Shown here in pieces: positions 28,104 through 41,146 of a DNA stretch of 64,000 nucleotides. Under the pieces are notes generated by a model that was given only the letters and a program-made list of their open reading frames with translations, ran no database searches and was not told the DNA's origin. Source of the DNA: Octopus sinensis (taxonomy: Eukaryota); the NCBI RefSeq assembly GCF_006345805.1, contig NC_043009.1, forward strand, positions 51,646,001 through 51,710,000, in the 5' to 3' direction. A program made the translations under genes and the position numbers. Within the stretch, counting starts at the first letter, position 1. Each line of letters opens with the position of its first letter.

Positions 28104-28912
28104 AAATTTTAAGAAGAGCGGTAAGAGTCTGTTCGAAAATACCATTCATTTGGATAAAAAGTAAGACATTTCATGTTCGTTGTTTTTGTAATGTATATAG
28201 AATCTTTGCTGTATATAGAATTCTTTGTTCTGTATATAGAATCCAAAATAACAAATGCAACAATTTCTATGTGGTATGCATAACAAAACCGTTACACATT
28301 CGCATCAAAGAACATCTAACCGCGCGAGCTTCTTCCTTCAGAAAACTTCTAGACAGATGCCAGAACATCGCCAAAAAACATAACAGTTACAATTGAGACC
28401 AATAACAGAAATTAAGGAGGCTATCCTCATAGACAGACTAGGCCCCACATTAACAACAGATTGGAAATTAGCAATCCGTATAATATTTAACTATATAGAA
28501 ACCCTACACGCACTATGGTATCATGCTCATGTAAAAAAATGCACGTATAATAAAAAAACGTGGAAGCAGCGCTGCGGATATGCCAACACACAGGAGCTGG
28601 AAATATAACCGCCCTCACGCACTTCTCATGAAGAATTCCAGAAGGTGCTTCGTAAGACGGCTGCAGAGTCGCTTCCGACAAATTTCAGTAACCGTTGGAA
28701 AACCGATTTTAATAGTAACTCCATTAAATTCTAGCAATATCTGAAGAATGAACTTTTATATTCCGAATTATTATATTAGACTATGAATAATTAAATTATT
28801 TATAACACTCTGCATTATTGTGTCATTACAGACACGTTGTAATTTTAAGAAGAGCGATAAGAGTCTGTTCGAAAATACCCTTCATTTGGATAAAAATAAA
28901 GACATTTCATGT
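28104..28912 (+). mobile_element. Penelope fragment: GIY-YIG endonuclease between two direct repeats of about 72 bp
   Basis: VYRIQNNKCNNFYVVCITKPLHIRIKEHL is GIY-YIG-like. Direct repeats at 28104-28176 and 28841-28912 each contain a decayed HHR (ttaaga-a-gagcgg..ctgttc-gaaa). Confidence 0.8.
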
Positions 28913-30699
28913 ACTTTCTTCTACTTCAAAACGATTTCAGTTACTTATAAGCTATAATGCAGTCTTTACCTAACTAGAGCTGTAGCAAACCCGGTGTGTA
29001 ATGGTGACAGCAGAAGCATAAAGAGAAATACGTTCCCTACCTGCCAAAACAAATTTGTCGTAAATACTACAAGCTGACATTTAACAGAATGTAAAATTGA
29101 AAACAAGAAAAATTACACCAAGCTGATTGGCAAACATAGGTGGTAAAAAAACTGATCTGTCACGAAAAACGGTGGAAAAATGGAAACAAACCGTTGTTAC
29201 GTGAAAGTAGATATCGTCAACAGCAGCAACAACATTCACACACATTCCGATGCGAATTCGGTTGTGCATAAATTAGAGTGGATTTCGGAGCAGCTTTATG
29301 ATCATGGGTTGCCAGGGCGATTGATTGCGTGGTTAAGAACCTCGTTTTGCAACCACGTAGTTTCAAGTTTAGTCCCACTGGGCGGCATCACGGGTAAGTC
29401 CCCAGGCCAAGCTATGCCTTATGGATGAATTTGAAAGACAAGATTTCTCTGGAAACTCTTTTCTTTCTCTCTCTCTCTCTCCCTCTCTCGCTCTCCCTCC
29501 CTCTGGTTTTCTCTTTTATACTTTTCAAACTTCTTTATTTTTACTTCTTTTAGTCATTTGACTGCGGTCATGCTGAAGCACCGCAACAAAAGGTATTTTA
29601 GTAGAAGAAATCGACTCTAGGATCTATTCCTTGTGAACCTAGTAATTATTGTATCGGCTTGTTTTCCCGAACCGCTGTGTTACGAGGACGTAAACACGCC
29701 AACGTCGGTTGGCAAGCGATGGTGGCAGGACAAACACAGACACAAAGATACACATATAAACTGCGTGAGTGCGTGTGTATGTGTATATGTGTATACACAC
29801 ACACACACACACATATACACTAGCAATGCATCCTGGCGTTGCCCAGGTCTTATGACCTACAAGTACATCGTATTATTCGCTCCTTTCTCATAGGCAGAAT
29901 AGGCGCAGTAGATATATAGTTAATGGAATAATGGAAGTTATTTCTTGTGTAAAAGTGAAGGGCGAGGGTACAATTCGCATAGGTTTGAATGAAAGTGCTT
30001 TCTGTTCTTAAGAATAATCAAAAAGCTATGTAATGTTTCATCGAATAAAAGAGGATTAATACGATTTGTCCAGAAATCATGTTTTCAAAATATTAATTTC
30101 CCCCTATCCCCATTGCAATTCCTTAATTTGTAAACTTTTTCAAAATTTTTTTTCTCTACGTTGAAAAATACATTATATTATAGTTAAATTTTTCTTAAAG
30201 AAACACACAATACCCCTTCCCCTTCGACGGGCTTCTTTCAGTTTCTGCCTACCAAATCTACTCACAAGGCTTTGGTCGGCTCGAGGCTGTAGTAGAAGAC
30301 TCTTGCCCAAGCTGCTACGCAGTGGAACTGAACTCTGAGAGCCTTTGTGTCAACATTTCTCCCTCCCCCAATTGAAGACTGATGTTCGTTTCTTTACTTT
30401 AACGCAACTAGGTGATTCGGCAACAGCAATTGTTAGCATAAGCGCCAGACTTAAAAATATAGGCACAGAGAGGAGTGATTTGGTTGACAATATCCTGCTA
30501 GGTGATGTCCCAGCATGGCCGCCCGATCACTGGAACAAGTAGATGAAAAAAGATAAATGATGTCAAATATCCAGTCAAGAAAGTGATCGGTAGCAAAAAA
30601 ATTGCATCACAATGCTTGAAGTACTTTTGCAGGACCTGGTATGCAGTACAATGCAGTACAATGACATGCCTTTATCTAGCAAAGTTTTAAAAAAAATAG

Positions 30700-30990
30700 C
30701 ATTCCGTCGGCTACGACGATGAGTGTTCCAGTTGAGCTGATCAACGGAAGACCCTGCTCTTGATATTAACGTGTAAGCGGCTCAGCATTCCACCGACACT
30801 TATTCCCTGAACGTAGTTCCTAGAGAGACTCAGCATGACACAGGGTGTGATAAGACTAGCCCTTTGAAATAAATACAGGTACTACTCATTTTTGCCAGAT
30901 AACTGAACTGGAGGAATGTGAAATAACGTGTTTTGCTCTGGGACAAAATACGCTGCCGGGAATCAAGCTTCCGACCTTAACAAAGTTATG
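30700..30990 (-). mobile_element. SINE family C-related copy, degenerate
   Basis: actgaactggaggaatgtgaaataacgtgttttgctc is the reverse complement of the central domain of the 19272 SINE. Confidence 0.6.
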
Positions 30991-31024
30991 GCCACTGACA
31001 AAGATACTAAAGTTCTGAATATGT

Positions 31025-31432
31025 AGGAGTGGCTGTGTGGTAAGTAGCTTGCTTACCAACCACATGGTTGCGGATTCAGTCCCACTGCGTGGCACCTTGG
31101 GCTAGTATCGTCTACTATAGCCTCAGGACGACCAAAGTCTTGTGAGTGGATATGGTAGACGGAAACTGAAAGAAGCCCGTCATATATATGTCTATGTATA
31201 TATATATATATGTGTGTGTATGTGTGTTTGTATGTCTGTGTTTTCCCCCACCTCCAACATCGCTTCACAACCGATGCTGGTGTGTTTACGTTCCCGTAAC
31301 TTAGCGGTTCGGCAAAAGAGACCGATAGAATAAGTACTAGGCTAACAAAGAATAAGTCTTGGGGTCGATTTGCTCGACTAGCGGCAGTATTCCAGCATGG
31401 CCGCATTCAAATGACTGAAACAAGTAAAAGAG
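31025..31432 (+). mobile_element. SINE family A, full length
   Basis: Colinear with the 22391 copy. Confidence 0.9.
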
Positions 31433-31826
31433 TATATACTAAATGTGGTAGAAACTGAGTAGTCGGTGTTGTGTATCGGAATGTTTCCCTACATTGTGTA
31501 CATATTCTGCGCTTGAAATTATGTGATTTGTTATATATTTTTGTGGATGTTGGTGCTTAAGGGTTTGTCGTATGTGGTGTTCTATCACACAGAACTTTTG
31601 AACTGTGTCTTATTACGTCTGTCTCGAATATATGCGGTTGTCAATCGTAACATTAAATAAATTCTTGCAGGAATTTTATCTACGTTGAAGTTACTGATGT
31701 CGAGTATAATACTTAAGTTTATAACTAAGGTTGCCGTTCCTGACGTCACTGACACTAACATGTGTCACTGTCACCTTTTCTTTGTGTGTGTGTGTATGTG
31801 TGTGCGTGTGTCTGTATATATATATA

Positions 31827-31874
<48 letters not shown>

Positions 31875-32816
31875 ATACAAACAAACACACATGCACAGAC
31901 ATATAACAAACGATATAGATGTTCGTTACTTGGTTGGTAGATTTCTACAGTTACATTACATGTCGAAGAAAGTGAGAATGAGTGAAATATAATGAGACAG
32001 AGTGAGGGAGAGAGAGGCGAGAAAGAGAGAGAGATGATGAGAGAGAGAATATGAGTGATTCAAGGTCAATACCGACATTAGGCTGGTTGAAAGAGAGAGA
32101 AAGAGAGAGAGAGAGAGAGAGCATAATAAAGAGAGGCATAATTCCAACTTTTTGCAACATCACTTATATTAATTGTGGTGACTTTCTAAATAATGTAAAG
32201 ATGTTTCAATGTCATTTTGCAGAAATAGGTTTACAACATATTAGATTGCTAAAACTTATAATTATTGCAAATATACTAATGAAAAAAAATGTATTAATTA
32301 CATTCTAAACTAGTACATATACTTCTTTAGAGAATTACTACACATATACGCACAGAAGCATGCACACACAATCACAGAGTATACCACACACACACATATA
32401 GGTCTATAGCATAATTTCAGTATGTGTGACAAGTGATTGTCCCTAAAACTTCGTTATGAGTTTACAGCTGTTTCATAATATTTACCCTGTAGGATTAATA
32501 TTTTCAGGAAGCCAATGTATGTATAGAATTATATCTGCATCAATATATATGATCAGCATTATAAAATACTAATGTACATTTAAAATTAATGCATATAAGA
32601 AATGCTAGTCAGCAGATAAGCAGTATGTCATTGTTATTTCTACCATTCGGCTCGATTCAACTGGCAGCCGTATCCGAATAAGAAGCTTACTGTTACAGCC
32701 ATATGATTCACTGAATCCATAATGTCTACTGTTCTCTTATATACATTAATATATGTATAAAATCTGTGTGTGCATGTCTGTGTGTGCGTGTTTATATAAC
32801 ATATGTATATATATAA

Positions 32817-32915
<99 letters not shown>

Positions 32916-32936
32916 ATATATAATATATATATATAT

Positions 32937-33027
<91 letters not shown>

Positions 33028-33214
33028 TAGTGAGAGAGTGCAAGGAAGAAAATGGAGAAGCACAATATTTGGTTCATCAACTTTTGGACATTGAAATGTT
33101 AACTTATTTATTTATTAAAATGACAATTATAATAATATACATACATTTGGCATATTATTGTATGCATATAAAATAAGAATATGAATAAGAAATTTATATA
33201 TATATGTATAGATA

Positions 33215-33960
33215 CGATGTGGTATCAAGAAGTTTCCCAACTAGTTATGTTTAATAATAATAGTGTATTTACCGAAGCCGTTACAAATCTTCGAAATAGT
33301 GAGCTTGCGCAGTAATACGCCGGTCTTAGGGTTCCTACCACTTTTGGTATCCGAGTTGTAAGTCGTTTTCCATTCGCGTGTCAAGGATCTTCTGCGATTC
33401 GCTCTTGACCTAGACAACGGTGTTAAAACGGTAACATTTGACCTGCCCCTTTTCTCATGCGGAAGAGATGGTAATCCACTGGTGCTGAATGTGGCGAATA
33501 GGTCAGGTGTGCAAGCGATACCATGTTGTTTTTTGGCGGGACACCCACAAGTGAGGAGATCTCGTAGAGAGAGTGCATTGTCGATGTAAAGTGTCCAGTT
33601 CATTACTCTCCAGAGATGCGGTTGCTTCCACCGAATGTCCTTGCTCAGACGCTAGAAAACATCCTTGATTGTCCTCCAATGTTGCTCATGCACAAGCGGA
33701 TGAAGTTTCAACACAGTTCCAGGGGTAACGCTCCTGGCAGGTCTTTCACATGGTTCATCGTCTTCCAGGGACATTCTTTCTCTCTCGATGCTCCCATTGC
33801 CATTAGAATCATTGCGTACAAACCATTGCCTCGTTGTAAGCTTGCCGAAGGATGTTAAGCGTCTCAGTAGCAACTACCCAAGTTTAATACAAAATTCCGC
33901 AAAATTGGCCCTTTGATTCAGCTTCCTTTCCATGAAAAAAATCGCAGTCTACAGCATACA
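33215..33960 (-). mobile_element. Internally deleted mariner relic
   Basis: Minus strand gives an N-terminus (QRANF..FCIKLG..TETLNILRQAY...SLEDDEPCERPARSVTP) and a C-terminal WTLYIDNA (decayed WxLHHDNAP). A TIR-like end cgatgtggtatcaagaagtttccc sits at 33215. Confidence 0.8.
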
Positions 33961-33995
33961 TGTGATCCCCAGAAAACATAAATTTCACAACTTCC

Positions 33996-34057
33996 GAAGG
34001 CGTAGATGTCGCTGTGTGGTAAGTAGTTTGTTTACGAACCACATTGTTCCGGGTTCA
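33996..34057 (+). mobile_element. SINE family A head only, abutting the retrozyme-like copy
   Basis: ggcgtagatgtcgctgtgtggtaagtag...ccgggttca stops inside the B box. Confidence 0.8.
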
Positions 34058-34428
34058 GGTTTTTGGCTAATTTTGAAAGAAATATCGGCAATTTATTTAC
34101 TGCCAGAAAGTACCGCACTTGCGCAGGGGATTTGGAAAAATTATATCATATAAACACGAGGCATGTTCTTTATCGCCTCGTGTCTATATGTGAGCCCTGG
34201 CATCCTGCTGACGAAGCAACACCAGTTGTAAATTAAAATTAATTTATTTTATTTACATAAGATTGCAGAAACTATGCATAGTCCAGGAAAGATAGGGTAA
34301 ATGTTTTTAATTTTCATTTCCTTTCAGAATTGCAACTATTAGTGGCTTGGAGTTTTAACTACTCTTTCTAGTGAGTCAGATGTCCTATTATGGTCATCTC
34401 TTATGTGTTTAAATGCACACTATATTTC
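34058..34428 (+). mobile_element. Retrozyme-like family 1, subfamily b: partial monomer
   Basis: Roughly 90-93% identical by eye to 37827-38200, and shares sequence blocks with the 52.6-55.4 kb array. Confidence 0.85.
34203..34288 (+). ncRNA. Type I hammerhead ribozyme with intact core and extended stem II
   Basis: tcctg-CTGACGA-a-gcaa[43 nt]ttgc-a-GAA-ACTATGCATAGT-C-cagga. Stem I has 5 bp, stem III is a perfect 12-nt palindrome, and GUC cleavage is predicted after 34283. Confidence 0.8.
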
Positions 34429-34450
34429 TCTCTCTCTCTCTCTCTCTCCT

Positions 34451-34504
<54 letters not shown>

Positions 34505-34505
<1 letters not shown>

Positions 34506-34626
34506 GAGGGGTATATGAAACGTTTAGATTCTTCAAGGCCTTTGAGCCTTGAAATCTTGTACCTTCATCAGAAGTCTTGTACCATGTTGTGCTTTTTTGA
34601 GGCTCAAGACTTTTCATACACCCCTC

Positions 34627-34627
<1 letters not shown>
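34505..34627. mobile_element. 123-bp mariner-type MITE
   Basis: TIRs cgaggggtatatgaaa / tttcatacacccctcg inside (TA)n. Confidence 0.8.
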
Positions 34628-34673
<46 letters not shown>

Positions 34674-36715
34674 TGAGGGGCAATTGTACTCCATGATTTA
34701 GATAATTTTTTTGTTCTCTACCAAAAGCTACATGTTGCACCATGATTCTCTGTGGGTCACAGTCTCAATTTTAAAAAAAATGTAGATAGACACATGAACT
34801 TCAACATGATTCTTATTTCCTCTCTCGAACAATTATATAAATTCTGTTATTTATACATTCAGTGCTCAGTTTCATCAGAATCTTCCGCAAATGTTCGTAA
34901 TTTCTCCTGGGAAAGTTTTCCCATGAATGACATTGAGTATTTTCATGTCACAATGCGAGAACTACGTTGACACTTTGGGGCTTCTGCTGACATATTTTGT
35001 TCCCTAAAAAGGTGACGAAAGTGATATCTTCGGTTACAACTTGGGACTTTAAATTCTCCACAGCCTTTTTTCGTTCATTAGATATTTTCTATCTATCTCA
35101 TCCTCATGTATTAGAGAAGTGTAACTTTCGGAATGCTATTTGATGTAATTCCCTTGAATTCCAGTGAATATATTCCCCTTAATATCATCATCGTCTTCAA
35201 TTTTACGTGGAACCTATGCATCCATAAGGATTCTGTGGTATTCAGTGTTTTTCTTCAAACACGTTGTGGAAATAGATTAGTACAGCAAATCTTGCATCGC
35301 ATGGAAGATCCTTGGGAAATTCAATATTCCTCAGGTGTGTCATATAGGATGTTACTCTTCACTTTTAGGAAATATTTGAAGTGTTAAATTTTCTCGCCGT
35401 CGTCTGGGAAACGTCTTCGTAGTGAAAGATTATGGCATTCAAATGTTTATTTTCTGCACATTAGGCTTTTCTTTCCAGGAAGCTGCTCATATTGCCGTTT
35501 CTGTAGACGATTGTATTTGATGTCAGAATCTTTTAAGGTTTTAATATATACGATAAGGATTTCTTCGATGAAGCAATCAAGTATAACAGATGTTGATATC
35601 ATTGCTGGTAATACAAATATACGGTGAGATAGGATCTTTTATAAAACGATATATGATGGCACATTTTATATCCCTATATACTTATCTTTGGGCACTTAAT
35701 GTTTGCTCACAGCACACTAGATATAATTTCATTAATATCAGAGCATAGGCAAATCTTCGAATTAAGATTAAAAGTACTGACTTGACAGAAATCTTAGGAC
35801 TTACTGCTCTTTAAATCACGCATGTATAAAGTCATGTATAATGTTTGTATATGTATGTATGAATATATGCATGATGTGCAAAAGCATCATCATTGCATAT
35901 GTGTAACTGGTTCGATTTTTCCAACTGGACACATGTATTTATTTGAATATCTACCCACACGCACGCACACGAATAGAGTTTTGAATAGACACATGCATAC
36001 ATATATAGTCATATGTCTGTGAACGTGTGTGTGTTAGTGTGTGTGTTAGCAAGGGACTGTATGCGATTATGTCTGTGAGTGTACGTGTAACTCTCATGCG
36101 CCAAACTTATGCATAGATTTACACATTTTTATATTTCCAATAATAGCTTGTAATTGGAATTTCCTAATGAGCCGGGTCTTGTCTGGCTTTATAAAACTTT
36201 TCTCAAGAGTGTTGCAGAGACAGCAGGTCAAAAACCACGTATCCCAATATTTATAGGTTCAAATCTAAATGTATAGTTCAAGTGAAGTAACTACTGATTT
36301 CTCATTAGTTCTGTAGAAACGTTTACTTTCTCTTTTATCTTTAACATTATAGTAACGTCTACTGAGCACATCATTTCCACTATTGTGCATACATTCTTTG
36401 GCTGTCTGGCACTGTGCAGCATACATTTATTCTTTCTTTATTTTGCCTACATTTTACACATGTTCTGACAATAACATTCCACCACTATTATTTCTAGATA
36501 TATGCATGCGTGTGTGTGTGTGTGTGTCTGTGTCTGCGTGTGTCTGTGTATGTGTGAGAGTGTTCATGTGTGTGTATGAGAGAGATTGAGTGAATGAGAG
36601 CAGAGTATATTCGTAAGTATGTCTTATTCTTAGCTTCTTTACATACATATATATGTCTGCATACTGAATAGATAGATACATAGATAGACGGATAGATAGA
36701 TAGATAGTTAGAAAG

Positions 36716-36779
<64 letters not shown>

Positions 36780-37211
36780 TATATATAAAGAGAAAGAGAT
36801 ATAGGGAGACAGAGAGACAGAAAGAGAGAGAGAATGAAGGTAGTAGGGGTTTTAAAAGTCAGAAAGAGAACAAGAAAAGCAAAGGACAGAGTGAATAACC
36901 AGAAAAAGAAAGAGAAAATATATTGTGTGATTGGGAAAGTGGAAAATGCAAAGATAATAAGGTTGCCCTGAAGAAAGAGAAACTGCAGTCCATTTAGTTA
37001 CATAGTAATTTTCACATAGCAACTAGTTGTTTAGTGATGGTAAAGAGGACATGTTGTTAATAAGCGATAAGAAAGCAGTACATCAATGAATTCCTATGTG
37101 ATAACATATACGCTATACTGTGTGAAAGTCTTGATATTATCTCGTGAATGCTTTCACATAGCTACAGGAAGAGTGATGTATGTGTATATATTTTATATAT
37201 ATATATGTGTG

Positions 37212-37242
<31 letters not shown>

Positions 37243-37731
37243 TTGTGTGTGTAGGTGTGTACAGAAGGAGACAATAAGATGTGACGCGAGATGCTAGATG
37301 TGAGACGTGAGATGTGAGATATATTTTATTTATCAATCAATAAAGGTCTCGTTTATATTTAGAAATATCAGCGGCGTTGAAGGCAGTAGTGATCGTAGTG
37401 GTTATGCCTTCTATGGTTAAGGTGCTTGTTTCGCAAACAAGCCAATCCCTAGTTTGAACTAGTCACACGTAAATGAAAGACGAAGGGTATTTCTGTCGGT
37501 GTTCATAATTTCATGTTAATATATTTGTAATATTATTGAACCCACAAAACAAAACATGAGATTCGGACTAGTAATAGAAGGTCTCGTTAGCTCCTAACAA
37601 ATAAATAAAATTTATAAACTAAAAATGCACATTGAAACATTTTAACCTGATTTTAAATCTAGATGGATATACCAGTATGTGTTTCTCTTTCTCTTTATCC
37701 GTATATATAAGAAAAAAAAAAAGATTCAGTT

Positions 37732-38322
37732 GACTAAATGTTTTCCTTCTCGCTAGACCACTGGTAGGAAAGAGTTTTTCTATTAATTTTTCCTGCTACC
37801 CAAAGATTTTTTAATTAATGATAAAAGGTTTTTTGGCTAATATTGAAAGAAATATCGGCAATTTATTTACTGCCGGAAAGTTCCGCACATGGGCGGGGGA
37901 TTTTGAAAAAAATTATAGCATATAAACACGAGGCATGTTCTTTATCGCCTCGTGTCTATATGTGAGCCCTAGCATTCTGCCGACGAAGCAACTCCAGTTG
38001 TAAATTAAAATTAATTTATTTTTGTTTACATAAGATTGCAGAAACTATTCATAGTCCAGAAAATATAGGGTAAATGTTTTTATTTTTCATTCCCTTTCAG
38101 AATTGCAACTATTAGTGGCTTGGAGTTTTAACTGCGCTTTCTAGTGATTCAGATGTCCTATTATGGTCATCTCTTATGTGTTTAAATGTACACTGTATTT
38201 TTCTATGAGTAATATATAGTCTATCGACTAAATTTTTTCCTCGCTAGACCACTGGTAGCAAAGAATTTTTCTATTAATTTTTTCTGCTACCCTAAGATTT
38301 TTTTAATTAATGATAAAAGGTT
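37732..38322 (+). mobile_element. Retrozyme-like family 1, subfamily b: 1.2 monomers (period about 494 bp)
   Basis: 37732-37830 is repeated at 38226-38322. Non-coding, multiple hairpins, and an HHR at 37975-38061. Confidence 0.85.
37975..38061 (+). ncRNA. Type I hammerhead, U4C-mutated copy
   Basis: ttctg-CCGACGA-a-gcaa...ttgc-a-GAA-ACTATTCATAGT-C-cagaa. Stem I ttctg/cagaa is a compensatory change relative to tcctg/cagga at 34.2 kb. Confidence 0.7.
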
Positions 38323-38521
38323 ATATATACATTATCGATAATAACACAGCTGAACAAGTAGGTTGCTATTTGGCGTGGTGGAGACTACTCCCCCAAAATG
38401 TCGGATGTTAGAGAATCTGTGTCATATATGGGCGAGACATATCACATGGCCCTTTGCGAGAGCAAGATCCACTACTCCAACGCGTATATCTGATTTTGCA
38501 AGTAAGCTCCTCATATATATA

Positions 38522-39050
38522 TGGGGTTATTCAAAAAGAATGAACCGATTTCATTACACAATATTTTAATAAGGAAATGTAATAGAAAGCTCCAGCTAAG
38601 CCACAAGTATTTACTCACAATCAACTGTTCTTTCCCGTCTTACAAGTGTTCAACGTCGCCACTACCTGCTGCACGGGCAACATTTTTCCCAGACGCGTAT
38701 CAGCATATCAAAAAAAATTTCATGGAACTAAAGAATAAATTTGCTTAGGTTGAGGGGATTCCAGAAGATATTGATAGAGAAGGGAGATGGTAAAACTTCG
38801 ATAAAGCTTTCAGTCAGACAGAGAAAAAAGTACTCAGTGGATCGTGATATACTAATACGCGTCTGGGAGGAATTCTCTTATTGCATTGATGTTGCCCGTG
38901 CTGCAGTTGGTGGCCACATTGAACATTTGTAAGACAGGAAATAAAAGTTGATTGTGAGTAAATACTTGTGACTTAGGTGGAGCCTTCTATTGTTTTTCCT
39001 TATTAAAATATTGCGAAATGAAATCGATTCATTCTGTTTCAATAACCCTG
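38522..39050 (+). mobile_element. Internally deleted Tc1/mariner element with both TIRs
   Basis: TIRs gggttattcaaaaagaatgaaccgatttca / tgaaatcgattcattctgtttcaataaccc. C-terminus VDRDILIRVWEEFSYCIDVARAAVGGHIEHL*. Confidence 0.8.
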
Positions 39051-39343
39051 CATATATTATATATATATATGTGTGTGTGGAGGAGGGTGCATTTATATCA
39101 GCATATGTATAACGAAATCACCTCAGATATTTTATCTCCGATAATTACTTATAATTATCTCTCTTTCGAAGACATTCAGAAATATTCTTTTCTTTACTAA
39201 AAGCACTTAGAGAAAATCATAGGAACTTAGTTAACAGGCTAGTGAGAGAATTGTAGAAGACAGAGAAGGAAGAGAGAGAAGAGAGAGAGAGAAAATAAAG
39301 AAACATTCTATATATACACTGTATGGTCTAATTCGCTCTCTCT

Positions 39344-39384
<41 letters not shown>

Positions 39385-39726
39385 ATATATATATATATGT
39401 ATGTATGTATACGCATATACATACATGCATGCATGCATGTAAGAGATCGATGTTGAAGAAATGTAATTTAATGAAGCATTGAACATAGATATTCTACAAT
39501 TTTCTTTCTGAAAAGGAATATTGGAGAAAGGCGAAATGAATTAAATAAAAGAGGTCTTCTATAGAATAGAATTTGCGCGCAGAAAATCACACAGGCACAC
39601 ACACACATACACACACACACACTCACACACACATATACACACACAAACAGACACACATGTATACGCGCGTGCTCACACACACACACCATACGCACACACA
39701 AACAGACGCACATATATATATATATA

Positions 39727-39787
<61 letters not shown>

Positions 39788-39788
<1 letters not shown>

Positions 39789-40574
39789 GAGGGTGTACCC
39801 CAAAGGATCGGAGTTTTGCAATATTAGTTCGTTCACTTAGTTTTACCTGTTTACACGTTTATTGCTCTCAAAGTATTGTCCATTTGAAACAATGCATCGG
39901 TCCATATTCGTTTCTCGAAGCGGTCCTGGAAATCTTGCAAAATGACGGCTTTTAATGCCCGCGTCGTTTTTTCTTCAGCTCTTCCATATCTGCAAATTCC
40001 GTAGCACCAGCTTTCCTCCCCAGTGAAGACCTTCGGAAAGAGGCCCGGATCAAATTCCAACTGTTCTTTCACATCACTGCATTTGACCTTCCGTGAGAAA
40101 GCGAGGCACAAATTTTCCTGGAAGTCTTTTCATTGGCAAATACTCGCTTACAAACACATCAGTCATATGAACAAGTCCGTCAATTGTTTGGTGATGTTCC
40201 TCCAAGATGAATTTCATTATGTTTTTTTTTATTCCATCGAGAAGTTGATGGACGCCGTGAACGAGGTTGGTGTTCAAGCGACAACTCACAATCCCTAATG
40301 CGTGAACACCACTCGTAAAGTTGTGTATTGCTCATGACAGCGTCATTATAAGTTGTTTGAAGCATAACAACTGTTTCTGCCGCTGTTTTACCCAGCAGAA
40401 AACAGAATATCACAGAAAGACGGTGCTCCTTCGTTTCAGTCATCGCAAATATCGACAAACAGGGGTGAAGAAATGTAAAACAAGGACTTACCAGTATGAG
40501 TGCAATTGACAATGCCGGTTGACATGCTCATGCCTAGTGGTTTCAAGCTGCGTTTACTTTTTGGTACGCCCTCT
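39788..40574 (-). mobile_element. Internally deleted mariner with both TIRs
   Basis: TIRs cgagggtgtacc / ggtacgccctct with TA flanks. Translates as FCFLLGKTAAETVVML...LEHQPRSRRPSTS and VFTGEESWCYG (decayed TGDESW), joined directly to the C-terminus. Confidence 0.9.
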
Positions 40575-40646
40575 TATATATACATACATATATATTATAT
40601 ATATCTATATATATATATATATCAAATATATATTATAAACACACTT

Positions 40647-40707
<61 letters not shown>

Positions 40708-40789
40708 CATAATTTAGGTCATATAGGTTCAGATGTGCTGTGTGGTAAGAATCTTGATTTCCACCCATATGGGTCCGGGTACAGTTCCG

Positions 40790-40809
40790 AGTTTGATTCT
40801 AGGCAGTGA

Positions 40810-40893
<84 letters not shown>

Positions 40894-40945
40894 CCTAGGA
40901 ATGAAATTTCCCCAAGACACCTGATGAAGGCTGGAGGTTATACAT
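40790..40945 (+). mobile_element. PLE terminal fragment with (AAT)n, truncated inside a hammerhead
   Basis: Ends gacacCTGATGAaggctggagg then breaks into (TA/TACA)n. Only the 5' half of an HHR is present. Confidence 0.5.
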
Positions 40946-40951
40946 ACATAC

Positions 40952-40984
<33 letters not shown>

Positions 40985-40996
40985 TGTATGTATACG

Positions 40997-41027
<31 letters not shown>

Positions 41028-41028
41028 C

Positions 41029-41067
<39 letters not shown>

Positions 41068-41104
41068 GCACACATACACTCACGCACACACACACGCACA
41101 CACA

Positions 41105-41146
<42 letters not shown>

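Noticed and set aside
34520-34580. CTGATGAagg...ctaaacgtt on the minus strand inside the 123-bp MITE
   Set aside because: GAAA is absent and stems I and II do not close at the core. It is part of a mariner end.
34680-35640. Long non-microsatellite stretch, possibly an old LINE or transposon (similar case at 6200-7260)
   Set aside because: No recognisable motif in any frame by eye. It needs an HMM or BLASTx search.
36160-36200. ctaatga-gccgg..ctggc, hammerhead-like
   Set aside because: G5 is mutated, with no GAAA and no stem III. It cannot be distinguished from chance.
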